Notes under the pieces: model-generated
Told to the model about the DNA's origin: nothing
Seen by the model: the letters and a program-made list of their open reading frames with translations, nothing else
Databases searched by the model: none
Position numbers and translations under genes: made by a program
Assembly (NCBI RefSeq): GCF_006345805.1
Contig: NC_043004.1
Span: 24,490,001 to 24,554,000, forward strand
Direction of reading: 5' to 3'
Length of the DNA stretch: 64,000 nucleotides
Source: Octopus sinensis
Taxonomy: Eukaryota
Part shown: positions 52,811 to 64,000 of the stretch, piece after piece
Numbering within the stretch: position 1 is the stretch's first letter
Layout: the number at the start of each line of letters is the position of its first letter

Positions 52811-53200
52811 TTACTAAACGTTTCAACTATATGTACTTATCACGTTACTAATAGTTTTTCGTACATGCGTACGTTCGTCAGGCACCAACCGCACTATATT
52901 CCCAAAACTTTAGTTTAAACGGAGGAACAGTTTAGAACCGGCACAAAGATAAGGCATGTCTAATGGAAGATACCACCTTGATAGGTAAAATAAAATACAA
53001 TTGAAAATAAGAAAGAAAATAATTTTTTTTAAATATGCTATCTTCCATTAGACATGCTTTATCTTTGTGATGGTTCTAAACTGTTTCTCTATTTAAACTA
53101 AAGCTCTGGGAGTATACTGCAATTGGCGCCTGACGAACGTATGCATGTACGGGAAACGATTAGTAGCGTGATAAGTACATGTAGTTGAAACATTTAGTAA
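52811..53200. repeat. Fold-back element, about 162-bp arms, 66-nt spacer
   Basis: 52811-52972 vs 53039-53200 are reverse complements (roughly 85% by eye). Confidence 0.9.
53126..53169 (+). ncRNA. Type I hammerhead in the right arm of the fold-back
   Basis: GCGC CUGACGA a CGUAU-gcau-GUACG g GAAAC gauua GUA GCGU. The mirror copy on the minus strand (about 52842-52885) has lost the G of GAAA. Confidence 0.65.
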
Positions 53201-53255
53201 CACTGAACTTGCATTGGATGGAGTACACTTTGTACTGACTTTTAAGCAGTTCATT

Positions 53256-53306
<51 letters not shown>

Positions 53307-53314
<8 letters not shown>

Positions 53315-53484
53315 TAAATGAAAAGAATGGAGTCGAACGAAGATTTTATCAAAATTCCTTTACTTTTGACATGTTTCGAAGACTGCATATTCTTAAGAAT
53401 ATGCAGTCTTCGAAACATATGTCGAAAGTAAAGGAATTTTGATAAAATCTTCGTTCGACTCCATTCTTTTCATTTATTCATATA
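53307..53484. repeat. Spacerless palindrome, about 88-bp arms, carrying the 3' half of a hammerhead on each strand
   Basis: Centre attcTT|AAgaat at 53394/53395; the right arm has cGAAAC ATAT GTC gaaag; the left end is in (TA)n. Confidence 0.92.
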
Positions 53485-53623
53485 AAAAAAACACACAAAT
53501 TTCCACACACGAACACGGGGTTCAGCCCTTGGTATGTAACTTCAACCGTGTTTTACTGAAGTGAATTTGCTACCCAGGTATCGATTAACAGAATTATCCA
53601 TACTAGGATAATTCATTCATCTA

Positions 53624-53706
<83 letters not shown>

Positions 53707-53975
53707 CGCGGGCCTGCCTGTGTGGTAAGAAGTTTGCTTCATCACAACCATCTATATATATATATATATATATTTCCAAAACAGATTTCAAAAGGGTATA
53801 TAATCCTGGCAGTTAACGTGTTTCCTCTTAAAACGGTTTTGTATGCCGGCTAACCACAGCGAAAGTTAATGATACCCGAGTTAGCAATAAGTTGTTGGGC
53901 TCTGGTAATTTTTCGCTTGGTAAATTCGAGTGTCTTATTCAGGACGCTCGGGAGAGGAAAGGAAAGAAAGGAGGA

Positions 53976-54008
53976 TTTAACATTTCGAGCGGAGCTCTTC
54001 GTCAGAAA
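53976..54008 (-). ncRNA. Minimal hammerhead motif (family H, intact core)
   Basis: UUU CUGACGA a GAGC-ucc-GCUC GAAA ug U U AAA; downstream tail cccgagcgt as at 19163 and 15195. Confidence 0.55.
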
Positions 54009-54117
54009 CATAGAAAAAGGAAAGATCCAAGGAAGGGAAGACGGAGAAAGAAAGACGCCAACGATACACACGCGGTCACATATTTGTATATGTGTGTGTG
54101 TGTGTATGTACGTATAT

Positions 54118-54164
<47 letters not shown>

Positions 54165-54644
54165 TATATATATATTTATATATAACATACATATTTGTAA
54201 ACACACACACACATATATATATATATAATATATATTTATAAATACTTGTGTGTGTGTGTACGTGTGCACATATAGTGTACCCAATGCCTGCGGAGTCATT
54301 GTGCATTCTCAGACAGAGATTAGATAACACGCTTAGATGAATGTATATTTCACCGGATAGCGTTATGTCTATGCATCGACCTTTACATGACTTGATTCAA
54401 CATTGTTATATTGCAACGAGTCTTTAGCAAATTTTTGGACGGAGAATTAGATTCAACCCTGAATAATACAAGAACAAAAAGATCTCGTATGTGAGCTCAC
54501 GTTGGAGTAAATCAGTGATGAGTCAGCTAAGAGGATTAGAGAGATTTTATGTTGTAGTAGAGTTGAAGTTAAGCAAGATTGTTAGTGTGATGTACAGAAC
54601 GGCAAACTTTCATTTATTTGCCTCAGTTAATCTTTCTATAATCT

Positions 54645-54698
<54 letters not shown>

Positions 54699-55139
54699 AT
54701 ATATATATATATATATTATTATATAATATATATATATATATATGCACACACTTTCTTGGCTCATCTCCAGAAAGGAAAATAGCAGAATTGTTTCTAGTTG
54801 TCAAAGTTTCTAAATTCCTATAATGTAAACAACTTAAAATTGTCAATGGTATGAATAACATTTCCAAAGCAGATAGAGAAATTCGGAGGATTGCTTTGGT
54901 ACCACGGTAGTACAACTGTAATAACTACATGAGATATGGGTTCGTGTCCCGACAGGTGCTTTGGTATATTTTCCATTCAAGAAGTGTTAACCTAATAATT
55001 ATATGCTACTTTTCATAGTTTCGAGATTCACTTCTCCCAATATGAACATATGCAACTGGGAAATTAACGTGTACGTGCCAGAGCATTCCACAGACACTCA
55101 TATCTTAACGTGACACAGACACTCATACCTTCAGCGTGA

Positions 55140-55285
55140 CACAAAATGTGACAGCTCTGGTCATTACAGTTCAACTCAGCTGAGTGGACTGGAGCAATGC
55201 GAAATAGTGTCTTGCTCAAGAACACAACGCGCCGTTGGGATTCGAACTCACGATCGTGAGCCGAATACCCTAACCACTAACGCAC
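55140..55285 (-). mobile_element. tRNA-headed SINE (family A related)
   Basis: Reverse complement has ttagtggttaggg, gagttcgaatccc and gttgtgttcttgagcaagacact. Confidence 0.75.
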
Positions 55286-56349
55286 ACTCCTTCACACACG
55301 CGCGACGCGCGCGCGTGTTAATGTGTAAACTTTATTGCGGGGTAAATCCATAAATTTTAGTTGTCACTGCATTTACCAATTAGTTCAAATCTTTAAACAC
55401 TTTGGGCAATCGTTATTATAAGTTCCGTCTGTGCGCACGCCAGCAGAACTTGCTGAACGCCTGATTACTGAATAAGTAGAAGCATTTTTGGTAAACATAA
55501 ATAAACTACATTTTATGTAATGTTCTTTGGATGTAATTATTTTTGTTTGTAATTATTTTTGTACGTAATTATTTGTTCTAAGGAAGATATATGTCTGAAG
55601 TTGAAAATTTCTAGATTTCTATGAAGTGTCAAATTTTTAAGACTGTCTTAATTGGTCATTTCAAATTACCTTTAGCCTTTATATTTATACATTTTCTTGT
55701 AATTGTAAATAAATATGCAACATATAAATCAGAAGCAATTCAAACAAAAATGTGTTAGTTCAGTAAGGGAATGGAGTGCTAAACATTTCTTGTTCTGCAT
55801 TTTAGCGTTCTGATCATGCTGAGTGAGCTTGAGAATTATATTAATTATATTACGATTAAACGTACTCTTAAACATCTGCCACCTATAAACATATATATAA
55901 ATTCTCATTAAATATAAAAATCTAATATATTTCGCCATTACTAGCCTTTAATCAATACATATTCAATATTTTGTCCATACAGAGATAAATACTCATGCTC
56001 TCAAATTGTGTATGCAATGCTGAACTGAACATTTATGAGGTCGGCTTCATAAAACAAAGCCTAGATATAGAAAGGAAACATTGGTACGCTATGGGTGAGA
56101 GTAAACGTAAACGTCGCTAGATAATACATAGTTCTTCCTTCAAGATAGAAAACATATAAAACAGGTACTCAACTACATACAATGAAGAACTCATTTCATA
56201 TAAACAATATGATAACTTATACAAAGAATCGAAAGTAAAAAAATTAAATGATATAAAACTAAGTAAATGAATCACCGATAATAAAAGGCCTTTAAATAAA
56301 ATCACAATTGATTGTACAGCATCTCACCCCGAAGATCAACCACACATAT

Positions 56350-56550
56350 GGACTGTCCGCTAGGGTCTTGTATTCTTTATGGAAGCCCCGCTAGAGCCAC
56401 TGCTATATCTCCTGGAAGATGAAGCTCCGTATCTACAATGCATCGGTCCTCTCCATTCTCCTCTATGGAGCAAAAACGTGGCCCCTCTCGAAGACCTTAG
56501 CAAAGATATTGTTGGCTTCAATTGCAGATACTTAAGAACCATCTAGAACA
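56350..56550 (+). mobile_element. RTE-clade LINE fragment
   Basis: ISWKMKLRIYNASVLSILLYGAKTWPL...FNCRYLRTI. Confidence 0.8.
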
Positions 56551-57486
56551 GTGCCATACAACCGGTATGCCGCGGCACACTGATGTGCAACGACATGATG
56601 CTAGGTGTGCCGCAGTGTAACCTGAATATAATTCTTTTCCCTATGCTTTTAGTTATATTTTTAGTTCAGATGTGCCACCGAATTTTGAAAAGAATATAAG
56701 TGTACCGCAAATGAAAAAAGGTTGCGGAGCACGAATCTAGAACATCAAATGCTTACATCACATTTCCAAAAGATACCGACAGAATAAGTACTAGGCTTTC
56801 AAAAGAATTAGTCCTGTAGGTTCGATTTTTTCGACTGAAAGTGGTGCTCCAGCATGGCCGCAATCAAATGACTGAAACAAATAAACGAATAAAAAAATGT
56901 GTGTGTGTGTTTGTGTGTGTGTGTGTATTTAAGAGAGAGATAATGATAAATACCCATCGCGTTTTCTCAATTACATTCAATTACTTTCTTCTTCACGCTT
57001 TTTCTATCGACTCATCTATGCAGGGTACCAAATATTTCAACTGCTCCTGCCTACACTACACCTTCTGGGCGCCTGAAGCAATCAATGGATGTGTCTTTAT
57101 TTTATTGTCGTAAACGTGTGAATCCCACAAAGGCAGGTTCGGCGTCTTTGGCCCGAAGACGTTCCAACCATTAATAGCGAATGAAGACTTACGATAAGCT
57201 ATGTGTATTTCAGTTGACTACAAAGCGTATGTTTAAATTATTGAACACTGGTTTGTACGTAGGCTGGTCACGTCAGTACACTGGAGTTGCTTCAACATAA
57301 TATATTTCTATCAAGTGACGCTGATATAAATTATTTTAAATCTACTTCAGAAAACTTTCTAACGGAATAGCATTATGGAGAAAGAGAAACTGTCGTCGTT
57401 AGATATTATTCACTAGTCAAGATAGAATTCTTAAAATTCACTCTATTATTCATTAGCACAATATGCACGTGTGTGGGTATGTCAAC

Positions 57487-57541
<55 letters not shown>

Positions 57542-58379
57542 TATATATGAAATCAACATGTACGAGTCTTTGCCATATTATATATATATATATACGTTTA
57601 ACTGTTTTAGATTTACTACCATTTCTTTTACACAGATGTTTTGTTTATTAGTTTGTTATTGTTTCTTTTTTTTCGTCTTTGTTTCTCGAAAATATCTTGT
57701 ATGTTGAATATTAGATTTCAATATTCTTTATTTCTAAATGATGTGTATTCGTTGAACTTAGTTCTCGAATTCTATGATGCAGAAGTGGCCAAGTTGATAA
57801 GTAGAACCATATATGATATATTATTTACATTTACATAGTTTTACTCACCAAAATACATTAATTAATTTCAATTCGTTGAAGTTTTTATTGAGCTTTCATA
57901 TCAACAATATATACTTTAAAATCTGGCTAATAGAATGTTAAAGCTATTTTCCGCAAAAATAGGTGCAAAACCAAATAGTAATTCTGATGTAGTTCGGTCG
58001 CTGCCTATGTGTGTGTGTGTGGAAAGTACGCTGTAAAATCATGCGCTGTAAAATCATTAATTAATCCCACAAGATAAACCACTTGTAGCATTTATAGACT
58101 AAAATAATTGGGGTTGTTCTAACTACACTAAACGTTATTTACTCCAACTCGGCTACAGGGACTAATTCCTTCACTAGATATTCGAACTTCAAAAATTGTA
58201 TATAACGTGTTTGGACATATGTTTTTATTCACATAAATGCACTTATACATACATCCATACATTTTCGTTTGCTAATCTACGTAAGTGATAACGAGGACAT
58301 TATTCATGGATGTGTCCGAAAATGGCTGACAAATCCTATTTTAGGGAATGCGGTCATGACACTAGACTTTATTTCCTAT

Positions 58380-58820
58380 TTTTCTGCTCAGTTCATCTGC
58401 TCCTGGCTTGCTCAGACTCTATACCGAGTTTCCTGAAGAGACTACCGCACGTAGATATTTCAGCAGCAAAGTATACCAGGATTTCGGATTAATAAGGACA
58501 TTTTTTAGAAGGTTCTTGAAACTGTTACTGTAAACATTGCGCTGTTCATCGACCAAATACTTCTCTCCTTCTGCCCATTCTGACATTAGTTGCCCATTCT
58601 GACAATGTGGCCGAACCAATGAGATCTGTATATGAGAGTGCGATTCTTGGCAACACCACATGATTGAGAATCTCAATGCCTGGGGTTTTTTCCTGCCTGG
58701 GAATGTACAGTATTTTGCTATTAACAGTTGACAATTCATTGTTAGTCAGCAAAGTTACTAGAACAACACTGTAGGCCTCCATCATAGTTTCAATGGTCAG
58801 GTCCTTTCTCATCTAAATGT
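58380..58820 (-). mobile_element. RTE-clade LINE C-terminal fragment (decayed)
   Basis: RKDLTIETMMEAYSVVLVTLL...ILYIPRQEKTPGIEIL..., frameshifted RPHCQNG and FKNLLKNVLINPKSW: RTE thumb/C-terminal pattern. Confidence 0.7.
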
Positions 58821-58842
58821 TCTTGTAATACTTATACATACA

Positions 58843-59146
58843 CTAGCGGTACCCGTGGAAATTCCACGGTTGCTTTAAAAATTGTATTTATATGCAATTA
58901 CACATTTTCTGAAGCATTTGGTTCATGTTGGCTGTTATAGTTTTTTTCATTCCTACGTTTCCTTCAGTGACCCTCTCACTCGCACTCCCTCTGCCTCTCT
59001 TTCTTTCCGTTTGCCTCTCCTTTCAACTATACCACACACACCTGCGCTTAACAAATTTTATTTCTCTCTTCTCTTCCTTCTTTATCTCTTCCAACTATAA
59101 TAATATCAATCCCTAATTCTCATCGCTAACACTCATCTCTCTCCCT

Positions 59147-59187
<41 letters not shown>

Positions 59188-59451
59188 CCACCTCTACCTT
59201 CAACTAACCACGTGACAGCGTATCACATTTGGCCTTAGCGTATCAAGGAGGAATTACAACCGTGTTTCGTGGTCTGCTACCACAACAGCTCCTTTATAGG
59301 ATCCAGTTAGCTCAAGACATCATCAGGAGGAACCACGTCCGGTTTCGGTTCCTACTCCTCTACCGTTTTGAAGTGGCGGGGCCCCCCTTTCGGAGGTGTC
59401 TTCAGCTCTGGTGTTGGGTGCATAATATGCCTTAGCGTATCAATATATAGA
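58843..59451 (-). mobile_element. Non-autonomous Helitron (different family from 13832)
   Basis: Minus strand starts TCTATATATTGATACG and ends with hairpin ccgtgga-att-tccacgg then gtaccgCTAG; A|T insertion site. Confidence 0.85.
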
Positions 59452-59864
59452 TACTGGATATACTTACATAAACTTCTTATAGAGATGAATTTCGTTTCCC
59501 TATCATAATTTTGATCTTTCTCTGTTAGAATTCAATAAACTCTAAAAGAAAAGTAATAAACACACAATCATGCATATATACTCATGATTATGTCCATTCA
59601 ATTATTCATTCAACCGTACATCCATACATATCCAAGATACAGTTTATAATTTTCCTTAGTGTCATATGTACACCTGATTATGTGACAAAAGATTGGTATA
59701 GAAACCTGGAAGTGCTAAGGACTGATCAAAGTAACAATTTCCAAATGTAAACGATTTATGATACGGTGGAAGTTTTAGAAATATCTGTAAGATTCTTCAT
59801 ATTTCTTGGAATGCACATATATACCCAATTATATATACACATATGACATACGCATGCATACACA

Positions 59865-59904
<40 letters not shown>

Positions 59905-59989
59905 CATACATACATACATACATACATACATACATACATACATACATACATTCGTACATACATACATACATACGTACATACATACATGC

Positions 59990-60560
59990 AAACAAATCTG
60001 CACATATTCATACATGCATACAAACAAAAATACCTTCCTGTTGATGTTGAAATTTCAGTGAAGGAGCCTTAAGTCAGAAACCGGTTCTTTCTCTATTGGA
60101 TAAAAATCTTGAAATAAAACTGAACAATGACATACATACATAGAAAATACCAGTGCTGAACTATTGAGAAATCTACAGCTACTCTATCCAGAATGCAAGT
60201 TCAGAATTATACCTGTAATCATTGGGGAACGGGATATGTAACACACTGCCTAAATATCAATCTTGAGAAGTTAAGATTCTCAAAATCAGAAAGAAGGGAG
60301 CTGATTCGAAAACTACAGTTCCAAGCCATCACTGGAACTGTAAAAATCTTCCAATAAGTCTATCATTTAAATATATATGAGCACGTCTTGACAACTTTAT
60401 GTATGAAAATACATACATAAAACAAAACACAAATCTGCACACATGCATACATGCATACATGCATACATGCATACATACATACATACATACATACATACAT
60501 ACATACATACATACATAAACACATACATACATACATACATACATAATTTTGCACACACGT
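59990..60560 (+). mobile_element. R4-like LINE 3' UTR followed by a second 3' fragment, in (CATA)n
   Basis: 59990-60140 matches the 46490-46685 tail; 60145-60400 matches 46135-46400 (SAELLRNLQLLYP...IPVIIG). Confidence 0.8.
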
Positions 60561-60906
60561 GTACTAAAATTATGTGAACACCTATTAAAGAAGTGCAAGT
60601 ATATCCACACACGCAGCTTCATCCCTGCAGCTACTGTTTCACATACCCACAAGTTCATATAACTTTATTAATTCAACCAAAATTCTTATTCCTTTCTTCA
60701 TGACTAGCTTGAAGTTCTATAGGGTAAGAGAAGAAACCAAAGTCTGATAACGAAGCAGAACATGGATCAGAACTATCGAAAGACATTCGATTGGAATTAA
60801 ATTAAAAACTGTACTATTCAGACATAACGGCTTAGGATTATTATCTTTCGTTCGGTCACAAGAATCTGTAGAAATGTCTTGGCTGTGTAAAATATCTCAG
60901 CTTCGC

Positions 60907-61170
60907 ATTTTCGTGAGAAGTAAAATATATACTTCCCAACCACATGGCTCGGGTTCAATCCCACTGCGTAGCACCTTGGGTAAGTATCTTCTACTATAAC
61001 CTCGGGCCAACCAAAGCAATTTTCGTGAGAAGTAAAATATATACTTCCCAACCACATGGCTCGGGTTCAATCCCACTGCGTAGCACCTTGGGTAAGTATC
61101 TTCTACTATAACCTCGGGCCAACCAAAGCAATGTGAGAGGATTTGGTAGACGAAAACTGAAAAAAAAAAA
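60907..61170 (+). mobile_element. SINE family C with a perfect 112-bp tandem duplication
   Basis: 60907-61018 repeats identically from 61019; B box gggttcaatccc. Confidence 0.85.
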
Positions 61171-61175
61171 CGTTG

Positions 61176-61920
61176 TACGAGATCTGATCAATAAGTACCA
61201 GTATTGTGCCTGTGGTAACGATGCTAAAGCACGGAGAGTAAAGCCACTTAGCACAGAGTGAACTTGATCTTTGTTGTGCATGTGCACTAAGTTTTAATGT
61301 TCTAGCTCATATCCGCTGTTTACAGAAGTGCTTCAAAGTAACGTGTATAACGTGTGATCGTCGCATTCAAAAGGACAGAGAAAATTATCATGGCGATACC
61401 TGCTCAGTGGCCTATGCAAAGTTGCAAAAAGTGTATGGAGAGGAGTGTATGAGCCGCGCACAAGTGTACGAGTGGTTCAGGCGTTTCCAAGATAGTTGAA
61501 AAAGTGTCGATAGTGACGAACGTTCTGAGAGACCTGTAACTGAGAACAACATCGCAGATGTGCGTGCAGCTGTGAGAGAAAATCGTCGAATTATCACCCA
61601 TGTGCAGATTAGTTACGTTTCAGTTCCGTTATCACTGAATATTTCGGTATGAGACGTGTATCTACCAACTTTGTGCCAAAACTGTTTTCAGCTGAGCAAA
61701 AAGACAGTCGGGTTTCAGTTGCACAAAATATCCTTGATGATGAAAGCTCTTTGGAAACTTTGCGTAGGCCTTTGAGCAGGTATCGCCAAAATTTGATGCA
61801 GATTCTCTGCTCAACTTTCTCTGCCATGGTCAATGCGACGTACACACGCTATACACGTCACTTCTAAGTATTGCTGTAAACAGCTGAAGTGAACTAGAAG
61901 GTTAAAACTTAGTGCACATG
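61176..61920 (+). mobile_element. Mariner relic with inverted duplication of its 5' region
   Basis: TA-cgagatctgatcaataagt TIR; VYGEECMSRAQVYEWFRRF and MRRVSTNFVPKLFSAEQK on +; 61749-61920 is an inverted 5' copy (MAEKVEQRICIKF on -). Confidence 0.85.
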
Positions 61921-62033
61921 TAGCCATATAAGCGTTGATATGTGGATTCGATTCTAGCTAGGGTTAGCTCAACATTTTTCACTCATCATGTTACATATAG
62001 ATGTCGCTTTAAATCGGAGTATATATATATATA

Positions 62034-62097
<64 letters not shown>

Positions 62098-62153
62098 GTT
62101 ATTATTATCATTATTATTGTATGTGTATATATGCATATATATTCATATATCTG

Positions 62154-62350
62154 TGTCTATGTGTCTCTGTTTGTCCCCACCACCACTTGACAAGACAACC
62201 AGTGTTGGTGTGTTTTCAAACAGAGACCGATAGAATAAGTACCAAGGCTTGAGAAAAGAAGTCCTGGGGTCGAGTAGTTCGACTAAAACCCTTTCCAATG
62301 CTGTGCCCCAGCGTGGTTGCAGTTAAATGACTGAAACAAGTAAAAGATAG
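62154..62350 (-). mobile_element. Repeat family D copy
   Basis: Reverse complement of the 37501 family. Confidence 0.75.
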
Positions 62351-63361
62351 AAGATAAATGATACTGCTCATCGTAGCAAAATTGATCGCCGTAAATGCAT
62401 AGCAAATAGCAAATTCGATAACCCTGTTGATTTTGCTCTCGAAAAAAATTACTAAACACATGACCTACGGCCAAAAGAGAATAATGACAAGAAAACTAAA
62501 ATAGCATTACAGGCATTACAGGAAGATGTAGCCGCTTTCGAACTAACAGCTCAAAACACAAATCACAATAAGATTTAAGGGGAACTTCATTATTTACATT
62601 GACAAGCCACTGAATAGAAGAAAGATTATGACATTAATCAATAGAAAACCTATTGACTTGATGTTATATGTGATCGATTTAAGTTGCTAAATAATACCTA
62701 GCACAATCTGAAGCTCCCAGAGTTTAGACATGGAATTCCTGCTGTATTATGTTGGAATTGCCATTTGCCTATACATGGCAGAGACAGATCGATTTGAATT
62801 ATAAGTGACAACCAAAATGGATTCTATCTTTCTAAAAGAACATTGGCACACTGCTAGAAAATTATCTGACAATTGAATAATACTATCTGACAGAAAGTGA
62901 ATCATTATTTGATGGAGCATCAGCTGCGATATAATAATAAACTATCCAAAATATACGGGAACTTCAGACGAGAGACACTCATATGATAAATTAATTACAT
63001 GTAAACACCAACTTAAATACGTAATTCAAAACATTTTTCTATCCTAAGAAATTACAAGTTTGCGTTAAGTCCGTAAATTTTTATGTTGTAACATGAAAGT
63101 ACATACCATCAAGTTTTTAAAAACTCCTAGGATGATAGGATATCATTCTGGAATCGTCTCATCTGGAACGTAAACGAACAGCACAGCTACCATCATTAAA
63201 TGAGCTCCAGAGTGAATGTTGTGAAAAAAATCTCCTCTAAAACACATCACCTAACAGATGTTGCAAAAGTACCCTCTGGAAAATCACTTGGAAGACAACT
63301 GCTAGATAGATATTGGTACACGAAACTCACATTCTTCAGGAAATATATATTCAAATGCTCG

Positions 63362-63760
63362 AAAGGCGGCGAGCAGCATTTTATCTATCGCTATGTTCTG
63401 AGTTCAAATTCCGCCGAGGTCAACTTTGCCTATCATCCTTTCGGGGGCAATAAGTACTAGATGAGCACTGGGGCCGATATAATCGATTAGCCTCCTCCCA
63501 CTAAGTTTCAGGCTTTGTGCCTATAGTAGAAAGAAGTATTATTATGAAGAGGACGGTGAGCTGGCAAAATCGTTGATGAAACAGACAAAGCGTGTCATTT
63601 CGTCCAATCCTTTAAGTTCTGAGTTCAGATTCCACCGATGTTAACTTAGTCTTTTGTCTTTTCGGGTTCGATAAAATAAGTACTGGTTGAGCACTGGGAT
63701 CGATGTGATCGACTTAACTCCTACACCAAAATGACTGGTCTTGTGTCAAAATTTCAAGTC
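63362..63760 (+). mobile_element. Two SINE family B copies
   Basis: aaggcggcgagc...gagttcaaattccgccgaggtc (63362-63530) and a diverged copy (63550-63760). Confidence 0.8.
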
Positions 63761-64000
63761 GATATATTCAAACGGATACAAAAATTAATGTGATATAATC
63801 AGTCATACAGTCTCAGTATACTGGTAGTTTCTTTTTAAATATCAAAATTTATAGTTAAATTTGTTCAGGGAAATTTTCGACTCAAAAGCTATCCCAATTC
63901 TTTTTGTTGCTTTTGCTTGACCGGTAGATGACCTTCATCGGGAAAATTTATGATTAACAAAAAGGCATTCCAGACAGACCACCGTGGTAGATCTCACAGA

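Noticed and set aside
53166-53200. Second hammerhead in the 52811 fold-back (GUGAUAA..GAAACAUUUAGUA)
   Set aside because: G3-A8 cannot pair and stem I is absent.

Overview
AT-rich, microsatellite-dense eukaryotic DNA with no recognisable host protein-coding exon. Nearly all ORFs in the track are (TA)n/(CATA)n/(GATA)n artefacts or transposon relics. The repeat families suggest a coleoid cephalopod (Octopus-like) genome, which is my inference from memory, not a search result. Contents: a 5'-truncated 4.5-kb Neptune-type Penelope-like element (PLE; RT, CX4CX2C linker, C-terminal GIY-YIG) inserted in (TA)n; a second PLE RT fragment; CR1/L2-group, RTE and R4/Dong-type LINE fragments; several mariner/Tc1 relics; a pogo-like MITE; two non-autonomous Helitrons; and about 20 tRNA-headed or related SINE copies. 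The most interesting signal is a set of short fold-back (palindromic) elements, mostly abutting (TA)n, plus solo tails that carry type I hammerhead ribozyme motifs. These include a near-perfect 330-bp palindrome with an intact hammerhead on each strand (48749-49078), a hammerhead with a 59-nt stem II (52631-52716), two independent U3-A8 core variants (9296-9333, 29240-29278), and a 1.5-kb hotspot of four unrelated hammerhead-bearing elements (52.6-54.0 kb). A recursive-splice-site-like motif on the minus strand (16512-16605) hints that the window lies in a long intron. All alignments and folds were done by eye; coordinates of decayed elements are approximate.
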